Source: an uncultured Candidatus Saccharibacteria bacterium (GTDB lineage: Bacteria; Patescibacteriota; Minisyncoccia; Phycocordibacterales; CSBR16-119). From it: DNA of 64,000 bases. Below are positions 8,264 to 16,500 of the stretch, one piece after another. The translations under genes were made by a program, and so were the position numbers. The notes under the pieces are model-generated. The model was not told where the DNA came from and did no database searches. It was given only the letters and a program-made list of their open reading frames with translations. The DNA is taken from the NCBI GenBank assembly GCA_964426385.1, contig CAYRQF010000004.1:12573-76572 (forward strand). The letters are read 5' to 3'. Position 1 is the first letter of the stretch, and every line of letters starts with the position of its first letter.

Positions 8264-8298
8264 GAAAAAATCCGCCCTTCAAAAGGCGGATTTTTTCT
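8264..8298 (+). terminator. Rho-independent terminator after pnp
   Basis: aaaaaatccgcccttcaaaaggcggattttttctgc. Confidence 0.75.
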
Positions 8299-8397
8299 GC
8301 TAAGTCATTTCTAAACAGGTTTTTACTTCGTAGAGAGTCGCCACTTTCCCCCTAGAAGCTAGTCACTAGTCACTAGAACCCTGATATAATTATCACC

Positions 8398-9336
8398 ATG
8401 GCTGACGAACCAACTGATATAAGTAAGGCTTTGGAAAAAGCTGATGAGAGCATTACAACCAAGAATGCTTTGGCGACTAAGCACGCCAAGCAGACAGGTG
8501 AGGTTCGTACGTACGCGACCGATATCGGCGAGATGATGAAGAAGGAAAAAGGCTCCGTTATCAAGATAGCTCTGGCTGAGCAGAAACGTCGCGACGAGTA
8601 CAAGAAAAAGACTGACCCGACCGCAACTCGTAATATTGTCGTTGTTATGCTCGGATTCATCCTCATCGTCGGTGGCATAATGATATTCATTTACACTGTG
8701 ATGAATAGGGCGAGACCTGTAGAGGTGACGAGCTTCGTAACCACACTTCCAAGCTTCATATTTACCGAGAACCAGGTTCAGATCGATGTGACAGAACTCA
8801 ACCGCACAGAGCTCATCGCTGCTATCCGGGCACAGGTGAACAACACCACCCTCGGCGCCGAGACCATTAACAATTTGTTTGTTTCATATCGTGGGGTGAA
8901 CGGACAGGCTCAGATCCCATCGACCTTATTCCTACAGAAACTCGGCGTGGAGATCCCTGATACGTTGGCGCTGAATCTGTATCCAGAATTTTCCCTGGGC
9001 GTATATAGTCTGCCTAGAGGCAATGACCTGTTTATGATATTGCGGGTCAAGGATTTTAATGAGGCGTTCAGTGCAATGCGTGAATGGGAGTCATACATGC
9101 TGACAGAGATGGTCAGGCTATACAGTATCGATACGAAAGATTATGGCAAGGAGATATTTACCAAGGATTTCGAGAACGAGACTATATATAACAAGGAGGC
9201 TAGGATACTCAAGGACGAAGACGGCAAAGCCATACTTTCATACATATTCCTCGATACTCGTACCGTTATGATAACCACTCAGACTGACTCAGTGGGAGAG
9301 GTGATAAAAAGGTTGAATCTACAGACTATTAAGTAG
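8398..9336 (+). CDS. hypothetical single-pass membrane protein
   Basis: Charged N-terminus, then the TM helix IVVVMLGFILIVGGIMIFIYTVM, then an extracytoplasmic domain. TATAAT lies 11 nt upstream of the ATG. Confidence 0.6.
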   Translation: MADEPTDISKALEKADESITTKNALATKHAKQTGEVRTYATDIGEMMKKEKGSVIKIALAEQKRRDEYKKKTDPTATRNIVVVMLGFILIVGGIMIFIYTVMNRARPVEVTSFVTTLPSFIFTENQVQIDVTELNRTELIAAIRAQVNNTTLGAETINNLFVSYRGVNGQAQIPSTLFLQKLGVEIPDTLALNLYPEFSLGVYSLPRGNDLFMILRVKDFNEAFSAMREWESYMLTEMVRLYSIDTKDYGKEIFTKDFENETIYNKEARILKDEDGKAILSYIFLDTRTVMITTQTDSVGEVIKRLNLQTIK

Positions 9337-9366
9337 CTGATAGCTTTTAGCGTATAGCTTATAGAA

Positions 9367-9729
9367 ATGAACGAGACTATTAAATCTCACAAAGAATTGA
9401 TCGTTTGGTAAAAAGCCTTTGAGCTGACTAAAATGATCTATAGGTTGAGTGAGAAATTACCATCAAAGGAAAACTTTAGTCTACAGAATCAAATTAGAAG
9501 AGCTGCCGTGTCCATACCGTCAAACATTGCCGAAGGTCGAAATAGAAAAACTGCGAAGGATTTCCTGCAATTCCTTCGTTTCGCCTTTGGTTCCGTCGCT
9601 GAAGTAGACACTCAGTTGCTTCTGATGAAAGATCTGTATGGAATTAGTTCAAAAGAATGTGATGAATTACTAATAGAGGTAAGCAAGATGCTCAGGTCAA
9701 TGATCGTTAAGCTAGAAGCAAAAAGCTAG
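9367..9729 (+). pseudogene. four-helix-bundle protein (TIGR02436 / Avd-like / 23S-rRNA-IVS-protein family) interrupted by an in-frame TAA at the conserved Gln codon
   Basis: The translation MNETIKSHKELIVW*KAFELTKMIYRLSEKLP...QIRRAAVSIPSNIAEG...FLQFLRFAFGSVAEVDTQL matches the family motif LIVWQKA...RRAAVSIPSNIAEG throughout. The stop at 9419-9421 replaces CAA. The ORF-track call 9433..9729 is the remnant downstream of the stop. Confidence 0.7.
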
Positions 9730-9761
9730 ACGCTATAAGCTACTGTGTTAAAATAGTCACT

Positions 9762-10115
9762 ATGGACATACAAACATTAAGAAGCAAGCTATTAGAAGAA
9801 CGCGCTCAGCTCGAGAAAGAACTCGGCGATCTCGGTGTTCGGGATCCAGAGACGGGTGATTGGGGGGTTGTAGGTGAGCCTGACGGCGAAGAAGCTGACA
9901 AGAACGATATGGGAGACCGTGACGAAGAGTTCGCAACGAAAGCCAATACTCTCGGTCAGTTAGAGCTCCGATATAAAGACGTTAATGACGCATTGGTCAA
10001 TATCGAAAAGAATGATGGTTCATACGGCAAATGTACAATCTCTGGCGAGATGATCGAAGAAGATCGCCTGATGGCGAATCCTGCTGCCAAGACCTGTAAG
10101 GCGCACATGGATTAG
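9762..10115 (+). CDS. DksA/TraR-family-like protein (acidic coiled-coil, degenerate C-terminal zinc finger)
   Basis: The C-terminal GKCTISGEMIEEDRLMANPAAKTCKAH resembles the DksA/TraR C4 finger but has only Cys-x-Cys-x2-His remaining. The N-terminus is an acidic coiled-coil. Confidence 0.5.
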   Translation: MDIQTLRSKLLEERAQLEKELGDLGVRDPETGDWGVVGEPDGEEADKNDMGDRDEEFATKANTLGQLELRYKDVNDALVNIEKNDGSYGKCTISGEMIEEDRLMANPAAKTCKAHMD

Positions 10116-10142
10116 TGAGTCTGTAGGTAATAGTTGTAGAAA

Positions 10143-10171
10143 GAAAAATCCCGGAAGGGGCTTTTCTTTTT
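10143..10171 (+). terminator. Rho-independent terminator
   Basis: aaaaatcccggaaggggcttttctttttc. Confidence 0.7.
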
Positions 10172-10228
10172 CACAACTTTTCTTAAATCTTAATTCCTAA
10201 ATCTTAGATCTCTTGTTAAAATTTATTT

Positions 10229-11728
10229 ATGTCGTTTTCTCGTGTTTACTCGGCACAAATAAATATTTTAGATGGTCAGCTTATCACCGTCGAGACGGAT
10301 ATTTCTCGCGGACTTCATAATTTTGCCATCGTCGGACTCGCGGATAAAGCCGTGGAGGAAGCACGTGATCGTGTCGGGTCTGCAATCAAAAACTCAGGCC
10401 TGAAATCTCCGAAACAATCGAATCAGAAAATCGTCGTTTCGCTCTCACCGGCGAATGTGAAAAAAGAAGGTTCGTATTTTGATCTCGCTATCGCTCTCGG
10501 GTACATGCTCTCGAATGATGAGATCAAATTCGACCCTGAGGGTCGGATATTTCTCGGAGAGCTCGCACTAAATGGGGAACTGAAGCCGGTCAAAGGAGTG
10601 CTATCACTCGTAAAGTCCGCCAAGGCTTTAGGCTTTCGGGAAGTTTATGTCCCAACACAGAATGCCAAAGAAGCAGCGCTGATCGAGGGTATACAGATAT
10701 TTCCTGTTAAAAATCTGAAAGAGGTCGTGGAACACTTGAGTGCCGACAAGCCGTTCTGCATAGACTGTCAGCCTGTAACACCTATCGTATACGGAGAGCG
10801 CAAATTTGCTATAGATTTTGCCGACGTCCGAGGTCAGGAGCTCGCCAAGCGCGGGCTCGAGATCGCGGCAGCTGGTGGGCACAACATCGCTATGTATGGC
10901 CCGCCAGGCACAGGGAAAACTATGCTCGCTAGGGCATTCTCATCCATACTTCCCGGATTATCCAAAGAAGATATCCTAGAAGTCACTGCGATACATAGTA
11001 TCGTCGGCATACTCGAAGACTCACTAGTGACAGAGACGCCTTTTCGCTCACCGCACTCGACCAGTAGTTACGTGTCAGTTATCGGTGGCGGAACATTCCC
11101 GAAGCCTGGAGAAGTAACGCTCGCACACAAAGGCGTTTTATTTCTAGACGAATTCCCGGAGTTCGATCGTCGTGTGCTCGAGTCCCTGCGTCAGCCACTC
11201 GAGGACCGTGTAGTGAACATCGCCCGCGCTAGAGGCTCTGCTACGTATCCAACCAATTTCATCCTCATTGCCGCTATGAATCCACCACCAGCGAATGCCA
11301 GTGCTGCCGAGATCGTACGATATCGGAAAAAGATTTCAGGGCCGATTATGGACCGTATCGATATGTGGGTGAACGTCGTGAATATCGATTATGACAAGCT
11401 CGGGAGCAAAGAGCGCGAGGGTGAGCTGAGTGAAAATATTAAAAAGAGAGTGGTGACTGCTCGTGATAAACAGAAGGCGAGACTAGGGCAGTCTCGTGCA
11501 CGGACGAATGCTGAGATGGGAGTCAAAGATATCGACAAGCTCATCACGCTCGGGAAAGATGTAAAGGATATCCTGAATACCACAGCCAAGAAACTGAATC
11601 TATCAGCGAGAGCGTATCATAGAGTTATCAAGCTCGCTCGGACGATAGCGGATCTAGATGCTAAGGAGGAGATACAGATGAAGCATGTACTAGAGGCGCT
11701 TCAATACCGACCGAGAGAGATGGCGTAG
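10229..11728 (+). CDS. comM: YifB/ComM-family Mg-chelatase-like AAA+ ATPase
   Basis: N-terminal Lon-like domain, Walker A GPPGTGKT, and a C-terminal ChlI-like domain. The length and layout are typical of ComM/YifB. Confidence 0.9.
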   Translation: MSFSRVYSAQINILDGQLITVETDISRGLHNFAIVGLADKAVEEARDRVGSAIKNSGLKSPKQSNQKIVVSLSPANVKKEGSYFDLAIALGYMLSNDEIKFDPEGRIFLGELALNGELKPVKGVLSLVKSAKALGFREVYVPTQNAKEAALIEGIQIFPVKNLKEVVEHLSADKPFCIDCQPVTPIVYGERKFAIDFADVRGQELAKRGLEIAAAGGHNIAMYGPPGTGKTMLARAFSSILPGLSKEDILEVTAIHSIVGILEDSLVTETPFRSPHSTSSYVSVIGGGTFPKPGEVTLAHKGVLFLDEFPEFDRRVLESLRQPLEDRVVNIARARGSATYPTNFILIAAMNPPPANASAAEIVRYRKKISGPIMDRIDMWVNVVNIDYDKLGSKEREGELSENIKKRVVTARDKQKARLGQSRARTNAEMGVKDIDKLITLGKDVKDILNTTAKKLNLSARAYHRVIKLARTIADLDAKEEIQMKHVLEALQYRPREMA

Positions 11729-11733
11729 AAGGG

Positions 11734-12047
11734 CGCTCCGCAAAACATAAGCTTTCTCAAACCCTCGAAGACGCAAGCGCCGGCTTTTGCCTAAAACGGC
11801 AAAACCGGTTACGTTCTCGGATTTTCGAAAGCTTATATTTTGCTCCGCTACGAGGGAGACGGGATGACCCTTGTAAAAACATCGTCAAGAAACCAGGATG
11901 TTTTGCTTTAGAAGGCCGTATTGTCTGAACAAAGCCAAAGCTTTGTGAGTTTACGGCTCTTCTTAGCCAAAAACATTCTGGTTTTAGGTGTTTTTACACT
12001 GGGTCTTGGGCTTTTGTTACTTTTGCCCCAAGGCAAAAGTAAGAGAG
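11734..12047. repeat. Copy 2 of the structured intergenic repeat family (A-module 11734-11860 plus B-module)
   Basis: The A-module is about 95% identical to 50143-50260. The B-module is about 75% identical to 2713-2903, with covarying hairpins caaagc-caa-gctttg and acttttgc-cccaag-gcaaaagt. Confidence 0.7.
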
Positions 12048-12120
12048 GTGGCCATAAAATATCCAAACCTTTATATTATTTTTTGCAGATGGCTTAAACT
12101 TATACTTATGACGCTAATCA

Positions 12121-12149
12121 TAGTAAAAATCCCCGAACGGGGATTTTTA
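12121..12149 (-). terminator. Rho-independent terminator of the M23 peptidase gene
   Basis: aaaaatccccgaacggggattttt lies directly after the stop codon on the minus strand. Confidence 0.7.
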
Positions 12150-13178
12150 CTAGTACATCGCATCGGCTATAGCTCGACCGTTTATGCCAGATTTGCCTGG
12201 ACGAATCTCGAAGTGTAGATGAGGGCCTGTTGAGCGGCCGGTGTTTCCGACGGCGCCTATTACCTGACCTTTGGTGACCTTCTGTCCTTGTTTGACGTCT
12301 ATTCGTGACTGGTGAGCATACAGAGTCTGTGTACCGTTAGCGTGTCCGATGATAGTGAGATTACCGTATCCTCCGTTCCAGGCATTGCCACCTTTGACCA
12401 CCATGACGATACCGTCTGCCATGGCCTTGATCGGAGTACCAGTTTTCGCGGCGATATCTACGCCGTGGTGAGAGGCAGTGTGTTGACGGCTCTCGACGCC
12501 GACAACCGGTCTCGCATAGTAGCCTTTGCTCGAAACAGTCGTTTTAGAAGTTGTCTTCGTCGCTAATTTTACTGGCTCAGTGTCCTCTATCTCGCCTCTC
12601 GGGATGATGAGTGTGCTACCTGCCACCAACTGAGCACCTTCTTCTAGACCGTTGAATATGAGGATCTCGCCAACGTCTCCGCCGAAGTCTTTGGCAACTT
12701 TTTCTATAGTCACGCCAGGTCTGACAGTATATTTGACCCCGTTGATAGGGAGGATGATGATGGTGTCACCTTTTTTCACTGTACCTTTGAGAGGGATATT
12801 GTTTGCCCAGCGGATAGTGTTTGGGGAGATGTCGTACATCTCAGCGATAGCGGCTATCGTATCTCCATCCTTAACCGTATATACGGCGATGTCTTTTGAC
12901 GCGGACATGTTGGCGACTTCTGCCTCTGTGTCCGTGACTGGACTGAAGTTCGCTACGAGAGCAAAGTCTTCCGTCCTGATTTCGTCAGACCCACCTGTAG
13001 CACCGGTAGCGGCTGGCCGTATCCTCGAGCTTAGGAGTGTCACCGTCTGGGAGTTGTATGAGTTAGTCCGTGGTGAGTAGAGCGCTTCTTGTTCTGAAAG
13101 GGCGATGCCAGCACCGAGGAGAGGGCTCACCATGAATGTGGTCACCGCTACGACTGGACCAAAAGAAACATACGCCAA
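12150..13178 (-). CDS. M23-family metallopeptidase with two LysM domains
   Basis: LysM motifs YTVKDGDTIAAIAEMYDISPNTIRWANNI and YTVRPGVTIEKVAKDFGG. The M23 catalytic region contains HHGVDIA...GHANGTQTLYAHQS...GNTGRSTGPHLHFEIR. Confidence 0.9.
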   Translation of the reverse strand: MAYVSFGPVVAVTTFMVSPLLGAGIALSEQEALYSPRTNSYNSQTVTLLSSRIRPAATGATGGSDEIRTEDFALVANFSPVTDTEAEVANMSASKDIAVYTVKDGDTIAAIAEMYDISPNTIRWANNIPLKGTVKKGDTIIILPINGVKYTVRPGVTIEKVAKDFGGDVGEILIFNGLEEGAQLVAGSTLIIPRGEIEDTEPVKLATKTTSKTTVSSKGYYARPVVGVESRQHTASHHGVDIAAKTGTPIKAMADGIVMVVKGGNAWNGGYGNLTIIGHANGTQTLYAHQSRIDVKQGQKVTKGQVIGAVGNTGRSTGPHLHFEIRPGKSGINGRAIADAMY

Positions 13179-13517
13179 TCTTTCGAAAAGCGATGTTTTA
13201 AGGACTTTTTTAACTCCGCCCGAGGTCTGCTTAGCGGGTGTGGAGTATTGTGAGTTGTTTTTTATAAGCCTATTTTAAAATCTTTGTCCTACGTAGTATG
13301 GGCGTAACTGGAAAGTGGCCGTCGGATTATAAAACAAAAATTTGGGACTACTCTCTCCCCCTGAGAGGGAATGAGAAGTTACCCATGAAGCTATCCTATC
13401 GGATGCCCGCTCTCGCGTCAACGCAAATGTGGATAACCATAAAACCTTGACTAGCAGTAAAGATTTGTGGTCCAGTAGTGTTATATTTAAAGGCTTTAAT
13501 GATATAATTGTTGGCGT

Positions 13518-16500
13518 ATGTCGTCTCGTGAAATACCACCAAATTCGGGGCCTAACCCTAGTGAGGGTTCTTCTGACTCCCCGGAGAAAAGCGAGTCGCG
13601 CCAACGAGAAGAAAACGAAAAGGCTACAATCGAATCCATTGTGGCAAAGAAAATGTCTGGCCAACCTCTTTCTGCTTCCGAAGAAGCTCAATACGGAACA
13701 AAGGATATTGCAAAAAAGGTAGACAAAGAAATCGTCCGGTTGTCAAAAGAAGCGATAAAGAGCACTAAACCTGATTTACCACCCGGTAGACAGAGAACAG
13801 GTAAACTAAAAGCAAATGGTGGTCTGGATTCCTTGGCGGCAGTTTCTCAGCGTATGAAAGACAAGCAGGAGCTTGAAAGAATACACGCAGAAGCACCAGA
13901 AGAGATAATAGAGGCCTTGCAAGATAGAGGGCTAAGTACGACTGGTACACCCGATCAATTAATAGAGCGCCTGCTTAACGCTGGGATAGATCTTGCAGAT
14001 TCTCCAGAAGAACATAAACCAGTTACTGTTCAGGTAGAGGCAAAGAAAGCCCCTGATATCAGAGCGCTAAATGCAGAGAGAAGGAAAAAAGAGGCGGAAT
14101 TGCGAAGTATCGGGCTATCAGTTAATCCTGTGGTGTCAGCAGAAGCAGCTGTCGAAGCTTCTACTTCCAGCGAAGCTGACAAGAATGAAAAAGTTGCTGA
14201 GATTGTCGGGAGTATCAAGGCCACTTTAGAAAAAGAATCAGTTCCTACTACCGAGCGACCTTCGGAGGTAAAGAAAGATTCTAAGCAGGAAAATATTATT
14301 CCTATAGAAGACCTCGCTCGGATGGAAAAGTTTGTTTTGCGCAGGAGAGCAGGTGCACCCATCGAAGAAGACGAAGTAAGACTATTTAATAAATACGAAA
14401 AGGAGATCAATACTCTCTTGTCTAAGCCAGAAGTAAAAAAGGAAGAATCAAAGAAGTCGGAACCTGAATCAAAGCCGCTAGTTCAAGAAAAAGTTACAGA
14501 CGAGCAGATCGGCGACGTTGCTCGAGCGATAGGTGTCGCTGGTGTTAAGGTTGAAAACCTTCCTGAGAATCAGAAGAGAATATATCAGGCCTATAAGGAT
14601 CGCATCGATGCCTTGGTTGTACGCATTAGTCCTCCGGATAAGGAGGCGGTAAAGAGTCTAGGAGGTGCTCAGAAGATAAACTTTTTCCGCGAGCAGACCA
14701 AAGCCGGAATTCTCCCGAAGAACGAGGAAAATGAAGACTTCTTGTATAAAAATTTTAATGAGATAGTAAATGATGATGAGACTAAGCTTGCTTACTTTGC
14801 AGCTGACTTCGTGGAAAATGGCGACAACCCTGAGCGTACCACTGAGAATCAAGTATTTATTAACCAGAATATTGACGCAATAAACGCCAAGATAAAAGAC
14901 TTCGGCGGAACGACGTTTTTCACTAAACAAGAAGCAGCTCCAGCACCCGTTGTTGCGCCAGAAGAAGCACCGAAGCCGCAGCAGCCAGAGAAGAAGAGTG
15001 TTTCGTTGGCAGAGCAGATCAAGGATTATGTATATAGATACACACACTGGGAGGACATGTCCTCACCAGAGGATAGGCAGTTTCATGCCGATAATGGTCC
15101 GGCGATCAACGAGGCGATTGCTGTATTTGCCAAGCAGGTAGAGGACCTAGCGAAGGATATGTTCATCAACGAGATGACTGAACAGCAGTTGTCTGCTGAA
15201 AAACTTAAATTTTATAAAGAGAATGAGCAGAATGTAGACATCGCGATCAGTAGGCTTGCCAAAGGCGAGAGGAATTTCGAGAAAAATGTCGCGGAGGTGC
15301 ATGCAAATGTAGTAGAAGATAAGAAAAGAATCGCGGGACTTATCAAGGATCCAGAAGTTCAAGAATTGATCACAAAGATGAATCTCGATATGCAGTACGT
15401 TTACAGCCTGTCGCCGGAGTTTTTCGACCTAGACTCGAACAAGCAAATCTATATCCTAGACAAGATCCGCCAGAAGATAAGCCTCGACGCTACATTTGAA
15501 GCAGAAGACCGAGTCAAGAAACAGCTCGGCCGAAAAGCGAAGTCACCACTCGATTGGTTTAATAAGAGAATTGAGCTACTCACCAAAGAATTCCAAGAGA
15601 CCAAGGCTCGTAGGGAGGTTATCGACGAGGCCAAGAATAGCGGCCTAGGAGATTATGCGGGAGATATAGAAGCGATGACTAAGCATGTCGCCAAATTAGA
15701 CATGAATATCAGCTACAGCGCTGAGGGTAAGCCGATACTTGAATATGTAAATCCAAAATCTTTCGAATGGGATCCGGAGTATATAAAAAGGTTCAAAAAA
15801 AGCGAGAGCCCTGTCGAGTATGTAAATAGATTCAATGAGGCTGCGACCGCAGTTTCGGAGATGCCCCACGAATGGAGCCAGCCAAATGCGAACATCATTG
15901 ACAAGATGAAGTACAAGAAAGCTTGGGCCAAGTATGAAGTACAGCGCGACATCCTGTTTGGTGCTGTCGTCGAACAGAAGAAAAAAGAAATTCCTGACAA
16001 CGAAGAAGAGGCCTCGAAGTCTGCGATGGAATGGATGACTATGATGAATAGCAAAGTCAGGATGAATCAGCTCCTGACAGAGTATCCTGAGATCGAGCAG
16101 TTCGAGAATAAAGGCCCTTCTTTTAATCCAGAGGATCTAAACTCCAAAGAATTCCAGTGGACAGGAAAGAAAGCATTGTTTGCCGCAGGATGGTTTACCA
16201 AGGATCTGGTTCGTGATAACTGGGCAGAAGTCTCTGCGGCTATTTTTGCCGGAGGACTCGGCGGGTTACTTGGCCTGCGCAAGAAATGGGTGGAATACGA
16301 TGATGCCGAAAAGAGAAAGAGATATGGCCAAGCTGTAGGGGGTAAGAATATAGAAAAGGGTATAAAAAAGTTTATAAATGCTGGCGAGACAGCGGATAGA
16401 CTTCAGTGGTTTTTAGACAAGATCGAGTCTCCAGAGCCTGGAGAAAATATAGAAAAGTTTGCCGAGCGACTCAAGAACCACCTAGCGATAATAGACGAGC

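Noticed and set aside
8340-8397. Tandem 'ctagtca' repeat and leaderless-mRNA call for gene 8398
   Set aside because: It comprises only 2.5 repeat units, and TATAAT at 11 nt from the ATG is ambiguous. I noted it but did not call it as a feature.
9367-10115. Diversity-generating retroelement around the Avd-like gene
   Set aside because: No reverse transcriptase ORF and no template/variable repeat pair were found nearby. The Avd-like gene itself carries a premature stop. The family also occurs without DGRs.
13275-13722. ORFs 13275-13691 (-) and 13429-13722 (+) at the start of the giant gene
   Set aside because: They overlap the giant ORF's start region. The minus-strand ORF is Arg/Leu-rich shadow sequence with no support.
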